From Clostridia bacterium (GTDB lineage: Bacteria; Bacillota; Clostridia; Oscillospirales; Acutalibacteraceae): a DNA stretch of 64,000 nucleotides. The notes under the pieces were generated by a model. It saw only the letters and a program-made list of their open reading frames with translations, did not search any database and had not been told where the DNA came from. The stretch covers positions 9,253 through 73,252 of the forward strand of contig JAFQON010000047.1 of NCBI GenBank assembly GCA_017403185.1, written 5' to 3'. Shown here one piece after another: positions 48,368-58,229 of the stretch. The position numbers and the translations under genes were made by a program. The stretch's first letter is position 1. Each line of letters opens with the position of its first letter.

Positions 48368-50698
48368 ATGTCAACCGTACTGTGGCATGAGGATTATGAG
48401 CGTGATTGGATGAGAGCTTTCCCGCTCGGCAACGGTCGAATCGGCGCAATGCTTTACGGTGATCCCTATGAAGAAACGATTGAAATAAACGAGGAGTCGC
48501 TCTGGAGCGGCAGGCAGATAAAAGAAAAATACAGCAGCTCACCTGAGATGCTTGCAAAAATCCGCCGTCTTCTGCTTGAAGAATGCTATGAAGAGGCGGC
48601 TGAGCTTTTCGGCAAAGGGTTTGTATCAACGCCTGAGAGAGTGCGCTTTTTTGAAAGCATGGGTGAGGTGCGCATTGAATTCCCCGATAAGCGCCGCTAT
48701 GAGAATTACCGCAAGGAGCTCGAGCTCAGTGAGGCTGTGGGCCGTGTATCATACAAAAAGGGTAAAACGGAGTTTATCAGCGAAACCTTTGTCAGTGAAA
48801 AATATGATGCGCTTGTTTATAAAATAACGGCAAGCTCGGAGTTTGACTGTCATGTCACAATGGAGCGAGGGCAGGATGCCTATACCTCCGCCCTGCGCAG
48901 CAACCTGCTTTTTATGAACGGCCGTGTTACCAGCTATGACGAGGAGATTTACGGCGAGGGCGGCGAAGGAATGTCCTTCGGAGCCAATATTTTTGTGCGC
49001 ACAGACGGAAAGCTTCTGAATGATAAGAAGCATATAATCGTTCATGATGCAACATGGGTGATTGTTTACGGCGTGTTTGAAACAAATTACAATGTTGAAA
49101 AATATGATATAGATGAATCCGTTGACTACCGTGCGGTGCTCAGGCGCAAGCTGGATGCGGTTACGGCTGTTGATTATGAAACTGTAAAAGCGGAGCATAT
49201 TGCAGCGCACAAGGCTGTGTTTGACAAAGTATCGTTCAGGCTCAACGCACCGACCTATGATGATATACCTGTTGACTGGCGTCTTTATTTTCTGCAGCGT
49301 CAACGCCAGGAAGACCTTGATATGTATGAGCTTTATTATAATTTCGGGCGTTATCTGCTTATTGAAAGCTCGGGCAAGAACGCCACGCTGCCCGCAAATC
49401 TTCAGGGCATCTGGTGCAACGGCTATCGCCCCGAGTGGGGAAGCGACTACCACACCAACATAAACCTGCAAATGAATTATTGGCCGGCTGAGCCTGCCAA
49501 CATGGCAGAAGCCATGCGCCCGTTCATACATTTTATGAAGATGATAAGCAGCTTCGGCAGGCAGACCGCAAAGGAGCTGCTTGGCTGTAGCGGCTGGGTC
49601 ATAAACCACACAACCGATGTTTTCGGCCGCACAGGCCCGCATGACAGTGCTCACTGCTTTTTCCCTATGGCAGGACCGTGGCTGTGCCTTAATTTGTGGG
49701 AGCGTTACGAGTTTTCGGGTGACAGGGCTGTGCTCAGCGAAATTTACCCCATACTCAAGGGCTCATGTGAATTTGTGTGTGATTATCTGATTGAAGACGG
49801 CAAGGGCGGTCTGACCACCGCACCGTCAAATTCTCCTGAAAACTGGTTTTATTACTATGATAAAAACGGCGTGAAAAAGAGCAGTATGTTTACATACGGA
49901 GCAACGATGGATTTTGAAATTATCCGTGCACTTTTCACCCGCACGGTTCATGCCTGCAGGGTTCTCGGAGTTGATGAGGATTTCGCAGCTTGTATGGAGA
50001 GCATTATGTCAAGACTGCCCGGGCTGCGTGTGAGTGAACGCTACGGCACGGTCTGCGAATGGAGCGGTGACTATGAAGAGGTTGAACCCAATCACCGCCA
50101 TGTTTCGCATATGTTTGCGCTTTATCCCGGTGATGAGATAAATGAAACCAACCCCGAAATTTATGAGGCTGCCAAAAAGACGATTGCACGCAGGCTTGCC
50201 AAAGGCGGCGGCTCCACGGGCTGGTCCCGTGCGTGGACCGTCAACTTCTATGCCCGCCTGAAAGACGGCGAAAATGCGTGGACGCATCTGCAGAAGCTTA
50301 TCACGGATTTCACGGCAAACAATCTTTTCGACATTCATCCTCCCTTCCAGATTGACGGCAACTTCGGCGGTGTTGCGGGCATCAATGAAATGCTGCTGCA
50401 GAGCCACCTCGGTGAGCCCGGCAAGCGAATTGTTGAAATTCTGCCTGCGCTGCCCGATGCGTGGAAGAGCGGCTCCGTGAGCGGAATGAAGGCAAGGGGC
50501 AACTTTACCGTTGATATCGTGTGGAATGAAGGCAGGGCGGCAAAAACGGCTGTAACCTCTGCACACGATAATGTGCTCAGGCTGAAGCTCAACGGCAGAA
50601 CGGGCAAGCCCGTAGCAGAAAAGGAATTCACCGTTGAAAACGGCGTGCTTATGATGAAGCTTGCAGCGGGTGAAACCGCAGAAATTGAATTTCAGTAA
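48368..50698 (+). CDS. Alpha-L-fucosidase (GH95)
   Basis: PLGNGRIGAM, FGRYLLI, PANLQGIW, YHTNINLQMNYW, HRHVSH, PFQIDGNFG, EMLLQSH. Confidence 0.93.
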   Translation: MSTVLWHEDYERDWMRAFPLGNGRIGAMLYGDPYEETIEINEESLWSGRQIKEKYSSSPEMLAKIRRLLLEECYEEAAELFGKGFVSTPERVRFFESMGEVRIEFPDKRRYENYRKELELSEAVGRVSYKKGKTEFISETFVSEKYDALVYKITASSEFDCHVTMERGQDAYTSALRSNLLFMNGRVTSYDEEIYGEGGEGMSFGANIFVRTDGKLLNDKKHIIVHDATWVIVYGVFETNYNVEKYDIDESVDYRAVLRRKLDAVTAVDYETVKAEHIAAHKAVFDKVSFRLNAPTYDDIPVDWRLYFLQRQRQEDLDMYELYYNFGRYLLIESSGKNATLPANLQGIWCNGYRPEWGSDYHTNINLQMNYWPAEPANMAEAMRPFIHFMKMISSFGRQTAKELLGCSGWVINHTTDVFGRTGPHDSAHCFFPMAGPWLCLNLWERYEFSGDRAVLSEIYPILKGSCEFVCDYLIEDGKGGLTTAPSNSPENWFYYYDKNGVKKSSMFTYGATMDFEIIRALFTRTVHACRVLGVDEDFAACMESIMSRLPGLRVSERYGTVCEWSGDYEEVEPNHRHVSHMFALYPGDEINETNPEIYEAAKKTIARRLAKGGGSTGWSRAWTVNFYARLKDGENAWTHLQKLITDFTANNLFDIHPPFQIDGNFGGVAGINEMLLQSHLGEPGKRIVEILPALPDAWKSGSVSGMKARGNFTVDIVWNEGRAAKTAVTSAHDNVLRLKLNGRTGKPVAEKEFTVENGVLMMKLAAGETAEIEFQ

Positions 50699-50745
50699 AA
50701 ACAAAGGCGGCTTGCAAATCAGATGCAGGCCGCTTCTTCTTTATC

Positions 50746-53394
50746 TTATTGATGTGAATTTTTTTGCAGACGACTGCTGCCTGAGAAAACGATTTTTCCG
50801 ATTTCACCGCTTATAAGAGGAATGAGTGACAGTGCGGCAACCGTAAGCCATTGAACTGCTGAGAGCGGCATTACACCGAAAAGCTTCGCAAGAGGCTCAA
50901 AAACAACAACGGCAGCCTGAACGGCACTGCACACGGCAACGGCAAGGGTCATTGCTTTGTTGCTGAAAAAGCCCGCCTTATAAAGCGGAAGGGATGAGCG
51001 GGTGTTGACGGCATGGGTGATTTCGCAAAAGCTCAGGGTGCAGAACGCCATTGTTCTGCCGAGAATAAGACTGCTTTCCTCTCCGAAGGCGAGGCAGCCG
51101 ATCAGATAAGAAAGAATGGTTATTGTGCCCACAAGCAGACCTTCAAGTGATATGTCAAGCCACAGCCCGTCTGAAAAAAAGCCCTTGCCCGGCTTTATGG
51201 GCGGTCTGCTCATTATATCTTTCTCCGCCTTTTCCGTGCCGAGTGCCATTGCAGGCAGAGAATCCGTCACAAGATTAACCCACAGAAGCTGAATGGGGAT
51301 AAGCGGCGCTTCAAAACCGAGAAGTGAGGCTGCAAATACGGCAAGAATTTCCCCTATATTTGTGCCGAGCAGAAAATGCACGGCCTTTTTTATGTTGTCA
51401 TATATTCCTCTGCCCCGCTCAACCGCTTTGACGATTGTTGCAAAATTGTCATCCGTGAGTATCATATCGGCGGCGTTTTTCGCAACATCGGTGCCGCATT
51501 TTCCCATAGCACAGCCGATATCGGCAGCCTTGAGCGCAGGCGCATCGTTAACACCGTCACCCGTCATCGCAACAACCTCGCCTTTTGCACGGAAGGCTTT
51601 GACAATTCTGACCTTGTGTTCGGGGCTTACTCTTGCAAAAACACGGCATTTGCCGATTATTTTTGCAAGCTCGGCATCGCTCGTTTCGTCAAGCTCACTG
51701 CCCGTCATTGCCGTGCTGCCGGCTTCAAGAATTCCGAGCTTTTCGGCAACGGCGCAGGCGGTGACAATATGGTCGCCGGTTATCATAACGGGTGTAATGC
51801 CTGCCCGCTTGCATATGCTGACTGCCTGAGCAGCCTCGGGACGGGGCGGGTCAATCATGCCGATAAGGCCGGAAAATGTCAGGTTTTCGGTGCTGAAATC
51901 ATTGCTGCCGCCGCATTCTCTGTATGCCACGGCGATTACCCTGAGCGCATCCCTTGCCATCTGTTCGTTATGGTTCAGGATTTTTCGCTCAACAGAGGGG
52001 GTCATCCGTATAACCGAGCTGCCCGAGTCGGCTTTTGTGCAGGCTTTGAGAATCACATCGGGTGCACCCTTGACAATCAGCATATTTCTGCCGTTGACGC
52101 AGTTGACGGTTGCCATAAATTTCTTTTCACTTGAAAACGGAGTTTCATGCAAACGGGGATAACGCCTTTCAATGCCTGCAACATCTTCACCGTAAGCTGA
52201 GGCGGCGCTGAGAATTGCGCTCTCGGTGGGGTCGCCGCTGAAATAAACACTCCTGCCCTTCTTTGATACCCGTGAATTGTTGCACAGAGAGCCGAACAGC
52301 ATCACTTTTTTTGCATTCTCAGAGCTTAAATTCAATTCGCCCGAAACGCACCGGATTTGAGTGACGGTCATTTTGTTCTGAGTGAGAGTGCCCGTTTTGT
52401 CCGAGCAGATAACCGTTGTGGCTCCGAGCGTTTCAACGGCGGGCAGGTGGCGGATAATCGCATTGCTTGCCGCCATGCGCTGAACACCCATTGAAAGCAC
52501 TATGGTAACAATTGCGGGCAGACCCTCGGGGATTGCCGCAACGGCAAGGCTTACAGAGAGCATGAATGACGGAAGAACTCCGCTTTTTCTGATAATTCCG
52601 AGAGCAAAAACGAAGACACATATTATGATAGCACCGATTCCCAGAGCTTTGCCGATTTTGCCGAGCTTTATCTGCAGCGGGGTCAGCGGTGCTTCTTCGT
52701 CTGCAAGCAGATGAGCTATTCTGCCAACCTGAGTGTTCATGCCTGTTTCGGTCACGATGGCGGTGCAGTTGCCTGCAAGCACGGTTGTTGAAGAAAAAAT
52801 CATGTTTTTTCTGTCTGCAAGTGCGCATTTTTTGTCATAAACCGAGCCTGCATCCTTGGCGCAGGGCTCCGATTCGCCGGTCAGCGCACTTTCCTGCACA
52901 CTGAGAGAGTTTGCCGTTATAAGCCGTGCATCGGCAGGCACCATATCACCGCTTTCAAGCAGTATTATGTCGCCGGGAACAAGCTGTGCTGCAGGGATTT
53001 TTTTGATTTTACCTGAGCGTTTTACAACGGCATCGGGGGCGGACATTTTTTGCAACGCTTCAAGTGCTTTCTCGGCACGCCTTTCCTGATAAACGCCTGT
53101 TGCAGCGTTCAGAACAACTATGAGAAGAATTACAATCGGCTCAATGAAATCACCTTTTCCCTCAATTATGCCGGTTATGAATGAAATTATACAGGCGATA
53201 AACAAAATGATAACGCAAAAATCCGAAAACTGAGCAATGAACTGCCTGAACAAAGAGGGACCCTTTTTGGCGTTCAGCTTATTTTCGCCGTGTTTGCCGA
53301 GAAGCAGCTTTGCCGATTGCTCCGAAAGTCCGCCTTCAAGGCTGCTGCTGAGAGCCGAAGCCGCTTCGGCTGCGGATATTGTGTGCCAATCCAT
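50746..53394 (-). CDS. Cation (Ca2+)-translocating P-type ATPase
   Basis: TGES, PEGL, DKTGTLT, KGAP, MITGD, TGDGVNDAPAL. Confidence 0.95.
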   Translation of the reverse strand: MDWHTISAAEAASALSSSLEGGLSEQSAKLLLGKHGENKLNAKKGPSLFRQFIAQFSDFCVIILFIACIISFITGIIEGKGDFIEPIVILLIVVLNAATGVYQERRAEKALEALQKMSAPDAVVKRSGKIKKIPAAQLVPGDIILLESGDMVPADARLITANSLSVQESALTGESEPCAKDAGSVYDKKCALADRKNMIFSSTTVLAGNCTAIVTETGMNTQVGRIAHLLADEEAPLTPLQIKLGKIGKALGIGAIIICVFVFALGIIRKSGVLPSFMLSVSLAVAAIPEGLPAIVTIVLSMGVQRMAASNAIIRHLPAVETLGATTVICSDKTGTLTQNKMTVTQIRCVSGELNLSSENAKKVMLFGSLCNNSRVSKKGRSVYFSGDPTESAILSAASAYGEDVAGIERRYPRLHETPFSSEKKFMATVNCVNGRNMLIVKGAPDVILKACTKADSGSSVIRMTPSVERKILNHNEQMARDALRVIAVAYRECGGSNDFSTENLTFSGLIGMIDPPRPEAAQAVSICKRAGITPVMITGDHIVTACAVAEKLGILEAGSTAMTGSELDETSDAELAKIIGKCRVFARVSPEHKVRIVKAFRAKGEVVAMTGDGVNDAPALKAADIGCAMGKCGTDVAKNAADMILTDDNFATIVKAVERGRGIYDNIKKAVHFLLGTNIGEILAVFAASLLGFEAPLIPIQLLWVNLVTDSLPAMALGTEKAEKDIMSRPPIKPGKGFFSDGLWLDISLEGLLVGTITILSYLIGCLAFGEESSLILGRTMAFCTLSFCEITHAVNTRSSLPLYKAGFFSNKAMTLAVAVCSAVQAAVVVFEPLAKLFGVMPLSAVQWLTVAALSLIPLISGEIGKIVFSGSSRLQKNSHQ

Positions 53395-53450
53395 ATGCTT
53401 TCCTCACTTTTTACGAATACTTCACAAACATATATATTCGCTCAAAAGCA

Positions 53451-53484
53451 AAAAAATCCCCAAACAGCCGTAACTGTTTGGGGA
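53451..53484 (-). terminator. Terminator after abrB-like gene
   Basis: tccccaaacag...ctgtttgggga with a T tract on the minus strand. Confidence 0.8.
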
Positions 53485-53496
53485 AGTGTGCAAAAA

Positions 53497-53739
53497 TTAC
53501 TCTCCTTTGAGCTTGTCAAGGCAGGCACGGCATATATACTTGCCGTCGAGCTCGATAAGCTCTTCGCTTGAACCGCAGAAAACACAGTCTTTAACTGCTT
53601 TTTTTGCAACAATCTGCTTGCCGTCACAAAAAAGCTCAAGCTTGCTGCCGGGGTCAAGAAGACCGAGCTCCTTTCTGAGCTGCATCGGGATTACAATTCT
53701 GCCCACGCTGTCAATTTCACGAATAAAACCTGCGTACAT
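53497..53739 (-). CDS. AbrB-family transition state regulator
   Basis: GFIREIDSVGRIVIPMQLRKELG...CVFCG...IC..C. Confidence 0.9.
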   Translation of the reverse strand: MYAGFIREIDSVGRIVIPMQLRKELGLLDPGSKLELFCDGKQIVAKKAVKDCVFCGSSEELIELDGKYICRACLDKLKGE

Positions 53740-54006
53740 TTTTAATTCCTCCTATATATTGTTTAATTAGTTTATACCATAATTTGTCAAATTTGTCAAT
53801 AGCTGACAGGCAAAAATTACCAATTTTTTTAGAATGCTGCAAAAAAATGCTGAAGTGGTTTGAGATATTTGAAAATATTTTGTAATTTGTTGACTGAAAA
53901 CAACTGAATTGAGGAGATTCTGAAAGATATCTTCATAATGCAAACGGTTGATTTTTGGCTTTTATGGGTGTATAATGGCTCAACGGAAAGGAACAGGAGG
54001 GTTTTT

Positions 54007-54858
54007 ATGACCGGGATAATTGATATAGGCGGCGGTCTTCGCGGAATTTATACAAGCGGAATTTATGATTATCTTCTGGACAAAGGCATTGATATAGAAT
54101 ATTGCATCGGCGTTTCTTCGGGCAGCGCAAACCTCATAACCTATGTTGCGGGGCAGAGAGGGCGCACCAAAAGGTTTTACAGCGAATATTCTTTTGAGAA
54201 GGAATATATGGGAGCGGGCTGCTACTTCAAGAAGGGTATGCTCATAAATCTTGACTATATGTATTCCGTGATTTCAAACAGCAGCGGCAAGGACCCTCTT
54301 GACTATGAGGCTATAAAGAATTCTTCAAAAACCTTCAAAACGGTTATCACAAAGGCGGATACTGCTCAGCCGAGGTATTTCACCAAGGATGACCTTGCGC
54401 AGGATAATTACACGCTCCTCAAGGCGTGCTGCGCACTGCCCGTTGCGTGCAGAAAGCCCGTAAAATTCAGGGGGGAGGAGTTTTTTGACGGCGGCTTGTC
54501 CGATCCGATTCCATATAAGAAAGCATTTGAGGACGGCTGCGATAAGCTGATTATCTGCATCACAAAGCCAATAGATTTCAGAAAAACCGCAATGCCGGAG
54601 TTTCTTGTGAAGCTTTTGCTTCATAAATTCCCCGCAATAAGGGACAGCGTGCTTGTTATGCACAATTCATATAACAACGGTATTGAGGAGATACTTGAGC
54701 TTGAGAGGCAGGGAAGGGCACTTGTGGTTTATCCGAGAGAGTGCTTCGGAATAGAAACACTTTCAAAGGATAAGGAAGGAATGGAGAAGCTCTACAATCT
54801 CGGCTATGAAGACGGCAGAAAAATAGAAGAGTTTATCAATAAAAAAGCAGAGGTGTGA
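54007..54858 (+). CDS. Patatin-like phospholipase
   Basis: GGGLRG, GVSSG, DGG. Confidence 0.9.
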   Translation: MTGIIDIGGGLRGIYTSGIYDYLLDKGIDIEYCIGVSSGSANLITYVAGQRGRTKRFYSEYSFEKEYMGAGCYFKKGMLINLDYMYSVISNSSGKDPLDYEAIKNSSKTFKTVITKADTAQPRYFTKDDLAQDNYTLLKACCALPVACRKPVKFRGEEFFDGGLSDPIPYKKAFEDGCDKLIICITKPIDFRKTAMPEFLVKLLLHKFPAIRDSVLVMHNSYNNGIEEILELERQGRALVVYPRECFGIETLSKDKEGMEKLYNLGYEDGRKIEEFINKKAEV

Positions 54859-54869
54859 GCCTCTGCTTT
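54843..54869. terminator. Bidirectional terminator
   Basis: aaagcagagg-tgtgag-cctctgcttt. Confidence 0.7.
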
Positions 54870-54876
54870 CTTCATT

Positions 54877-55983
54877 TTATCTTAAAATGGAGCTTTGATT
54901 GAGTATTTGTGTGTTATAGATAAAAAGCACATCACAGTTTTCAAAGCTTACATAATCACCTATAAGCTGAGCGGGAATATATCTCAGGTCAACGAGCGTT
55001 ATTTTGCTGTAGCCTTCGAGCATAAGCGGTGCAAGCGAGGAGCCGAAGGAATCCCTGAAAATCACAAGCTCACGCTTTTCTTCGGCGAGGGGATTCTCAA
55101 CCGTCAGCAGTGCGGCGGCGCCTGAAAGATAGATGTCGTATTTATCGCCGCTCTGAAGCTTCGTTTTATCATATACGCCCACGGTGGTTTTGTTTTTTTC
55201 AAGATTATAGACCGTTGCGTTTTGCGTTGCAGGTGAGGTGAGGCAGATTATTTCATCGCTGATGTTGCCGATTGCAAGGCGGGGCGCATATACGCCCTTG
55301 AAATCGGTAACCTTCTCTGCAGTATAAGAATCTGAGCTCTTTGGCTCAAAGCCCATTGCATCGCCGAGCTTCGTAACAACCTTGTCAAGATTCTGCTGCT
55401 TCCAGTGCGAATCCGTCTTATAATAATCGTTAATTTCAAGGCAGTCAAAAATGTCGATATATTCCATGTTTTTTACGCCCGAGGTGTAAAGCTCCGTCAT
55501 TTTTTCATAGTCGAGTGACGGGTAGCCGTTTTTCTCGGCTAAAAAATAGTTTTTATCGGGCACAATCGAATAGTAGCATTTTGCGTTTTTGCCTGCAATG
55601 TATTCATCATAAACCGAATTGAGCTTTTGTGCGGCTTTTTTAACGGAGTCCTCGCTGAGCTTATCGTCAAGCTCAGAAATATGACCCTCTGCGATGTAGT
55701 TGCCGTTGTTATCCTTCTGCCCGAAAAGCTTAAGCTGAATTGTCGCTTTAACGGTGCGGAAGGTATCACGCAGGGGGAATTGGTCGGCAAGGTATTTTTC
55801 AAATGAATCAAAAAAGGTTTTGTCCATAACTCCTTCAACGGAGAATTCGGGGAATTGCTCGGCTCTTCTGCGCTCGGACTGAAGAATGTCAACAGGCTCT
55901 TTTGCAAAGCAGGTGACTGCAAGACCGACTATAAACGCAACAAAAACAAGCGAGCTGATAAGAGCACTTATATTTTTTCTCAC
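54877..55983 (-). CDS. DHHW-family (AlgJ/AlgX-like SGNH) O-acyl transfer protein
   Basis: FEKYLADQFPLRD, YYKTDSHW, FRDSFG, VDLRY. Confidence 0.85.
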   Translation of the reverse strand: MRKNISALISSLVFVAFIVGLAVTCFAKEPVDILQSERRRAEQFPEFSVEGVMDKTFFDSFEKYLADQFPLRDTFRTVKATIQLKLFGQKDNNGNYIAEGHISELDDKLSEDSVKKAAQKLNSVYDEYIAGKNAKCYYSIVPDKNYFLAEKNGYPSLDYEKMTELYTSGVKNMEYIDIFDCLEINDYYKTDSHWKQQNLDKVVTKLGDAMGFEPKSSDSYTAEKVTDFKGVYAPRLAIGNISDEIICLTSPATQNATVYNLEKNKTTVGVYDKTKLQSGDKYDIYLSGAAALLTVENPLAEEKRELVIFRDSFGSSLAPLMLEGYSKITLVDLRYIPAQLIGDYVSFENCDVLFIYNTQILNQSSILR

Positions 55984-55994
55984 AGTAACACCCC

Positions 55995-57392
55995 CTAAAA
56001 TCTGAAATAAAGGAACGGATTATATGAACCGTCAATAAGATAAGCGGTTACGGCAATCATAACGCAGGCAACAAATACGGGCTCGGCTGCAGAAATGATT
56101 TTTGAGCCGATTTTTGTTTCCGAAAGCTTCTGAACGCAGATTTTTGCCGCAGGCGTTGCTCCGATTATGCCGATTACAAACAGCACCGCATAGCTGCGCA
56201 GATAATAAAGCGTGATATCCGTGCAGAGCGGGTATGCTGCAGTGAACATTCCTCTGAGGTCTGAAACCACGCCTTCAACGCCGCTGCCGTTAAATATAAC
56301 AAAGCCGACAAGAACAACAAAAATAAGATATATATGGCTGATTACGGCGGGTGACTTATCCTTGATTTTTGCGGGGATGAACTTCTCAATCAGCAGAAGC
56401 ACCGCAAAATAAAGACCCCATATGATAAATGTCCAGTCTGCGCCGTGCCAGAAGCCCGTAAGGAACCACACGGTGAGAATGTTCAGTATGAAGCGTGGCT
56501 TTTTCACACGGTTGCCGCCCATGGGGATATAAACATAATCCCTGAACCAGCTGCCGAGCGAGATGTGCCAGCGTCTCCAGAATTCCGTTACGGAACGGGA
56601 TACATAGGGATGGCGGAAATTTTCCATGAATTTAAAGCCGAACATACTGCCAAGACCGATTGCCATATCGCTGTAGCCTGAAAAATCAAAATACACCTGA
56701 AGGGAATATGCAACGGCATAAAGCCAGAAGAAAAGGGTGGATTTTTCATCGGTTTCTCTGAATATTTCACAAAGACTGCCCAGCGTGTTTGCGAGAAGAA
56801 TTTTCTTTGCAAGGCCGATTGCAAATCTTCTCACGCCGAGGGTGAAGCTCTCAAGAGAGTGCGTTCTTTCTCTCAGGTCACGCTCAATATCGGAGTAACG
56901 CACGATAGGGCCTGCAACAAGCTGAGGGAACAGGGAGATATACAGAGCGAGATTGAGCGGATTTTTTTGCGAGGGAACATCCCCTCTGTAAACATCAATG
57001 TTATAGCTGATTGCCTGGAAGGTGAAAAAGCTGATGCCGATGGGCAGAGCAATTTTCAGCAGGTCAAATTCGGTGCCGAAGGCGGTGTTGACCGTTGAAA
57101 TAAAAAAGTCGGTGTATTTAAAGAAAATCAGTGCCGACAAGGTTGTTAAAACCGATACCGCAAGGGCAATTTTGCGGGCGGTACCGCTGAGCTTTTCGGT
57201 AATCAGACCGAACACATAGCTTACCGTTATGACCGCAATCATAAGAATAAGATATTTCGGCTCACCGTAGAAATAGAAAAACAGACTTGAGAGTAAAAGC
57301 CAGATGTTTTTCAGCTTAAAGGGCAGAATATAGTAGCCGAGCAAAACAACCGGCAGAAATACAAACAAAAATGTCAGACTTGAGAAAAGCAT
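55995..57392 (-). CDS. MBOAT family O-acyltransferase (AlgI/DltB-like)
   Basis: LPIGISFFTFQ, FPQLVAGPIVRY, DFSGYSDMAIG, FWRRWHISL, GFWHG. Confidence 0.95.
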   Translation of the reverse strand: MLFSSLTFLFVFLPVVLLGYYILPFKLKNIWLLLSSLFFYFYGEPKYLILMIAVITVSYVFGLITEKLSGTARKIALAVSVLTTLSALIFFKYTDFFISTVNTAFGTEFDLLKIALPIGISFFTFQAISYNIDVYRGDVPSQKNPLNLALYISLFPQLVAGPIVRYSDIERDLRERTHSLESFTLGVRRFAIGLAKKILLANTLGSLCEIFRETDEKSTLFFWLYAVAYSLQVYFDFSGYSDMAIGLGSMFGFKFMENFRHPYVSRSVTEFWRRWHISLGSWFRDYVYIPMGGNRVKKPRFILNILTVWFLTGFWHGADWTFIIWGLYFAVLLLIEKFIPAKIKDKSPAVISHIYLIFVVLVGFVIFNGSGVEGVVSDLRGMFTAAYPLCTDITLYYLRSYAVLFVIGIIGATPAAKICVQKLSETKIGSKIISAAEPVFVACVMIAVTAYLIDGSYNPFLYFRF

Positions 57393-57406
57393 AGATTATC
57401 TCCTGA

Positions 57407-57438
57407 AAAAAAGCACCGAAGTTTTTGCTCCGGTGCTT
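57407..57438 (-). terminator. Hairpin/terminator between lipoprotein and MBOAT genes
   Basis: aagcaccgga...tcggtgctt followed by a T tract on the minus strand. Confidence 0.55.
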
Positions 57439-57453
57439 GGAATTTTGATTGAA

Positions 57454-58122
57454 TTAACCGAGAATGATGCCTTCGTCTTCGCCGGGCATTGCTGCGGGAG
57501 CGTTCATATCAGCTTCACCGCCGTCAACGGGGGGCTCTTCCTGAACTTCGCCTGCCTTTGTGAGAGCGGGGCTTGCATTGCCTGAAGCAACGATGTTGAA
57601 TGCGTTGTAAACATCGTCAACAATCTCTTCAGACGCCATAACCATAAGGATTGTATCGCCGCAGTTTGAAACAAGAACCTTTTCTGCTGCAACACACATC
57701 CACTTTCTGTAGTTAACGCCTTCAAGAATTTCATTCTTGAGAGCTTCAACATCAACACCCTCTGCAGGCTTTACAAGGCAAAGAGAGAAGGGCTGAACGC
57801 CGATCTGAGGGTCAACGAAAACCGCTTTTTCAACCTTGTCTGTGGGGTCAACACCGATGAAGCTTTTTGCAGCTTCGATATCTGAAAGAACGATTTCCTT
57901 AGGTTCGTAGAGAGCGAATTCGATTGTTGAGGTGTTCTCAATAATCTTTGTGCCGATTTCAATGAGATCGCCGTCAAGCTGAGCTGAGGGGTCTGCTGTT
58001 GCTTCGGGAGCTTTGGTTGTTTCGGGAGCCTGGGTTGTTGTTTCCGTGTCGGCATTATTGCCGCAGGCTGCGAAGGAAAGAATTGATACGAGTGCGAGAA
58101 GGATTGCTATAGCTTTTTTCAT
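57454..58122 (-). CDS. Lipoprotein associated with the MBOAT/DHHW pair
   Basis: Lipobox FAAC, T/E-rich linker, RKWMCVAAE. Confidence 0.8.
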   Translation of the reverse strand: MKKAIAILLALVSILSFAACGNNADTETTTQAPETTKAPEATADPSAQLDGDLIEIGTKIIENTSTIEFALYEPKEIVLSDIEAAKSFIGVDPTDKVEKAVFVDPQIGVQPFSLCLVKPAEGVDVEALKNEILEGVNYRKWMCVAAEKVLVSNCGDTILMVMASEEIVDDVYNAFNIVASGNASPALTKAGEVQEEPPVDGGEADMNAPAAMPGEDEGIILG

Positions 58123-58229
58123 GTTTTTTCTCCTTTGATTTTTATTATAACCATAGTTTTCTCATTATATCACAGAAAAAGTATTCTGACAATAGCTTTT
58201 ACCGCACAAATACAGGAAATGTCTGTATA

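Noticed and set aside
48749-49654. 301-aa minus-strand ORF
   Set aside because: Antisense to GH95; shadow ORF with no RBS or motif support.
54877-58122. Lipoprotein-MBOAT-DHHW trio as a new system
   Set aside because: Common clostridial AlgI/AlgJ-like O-acylation cassette.
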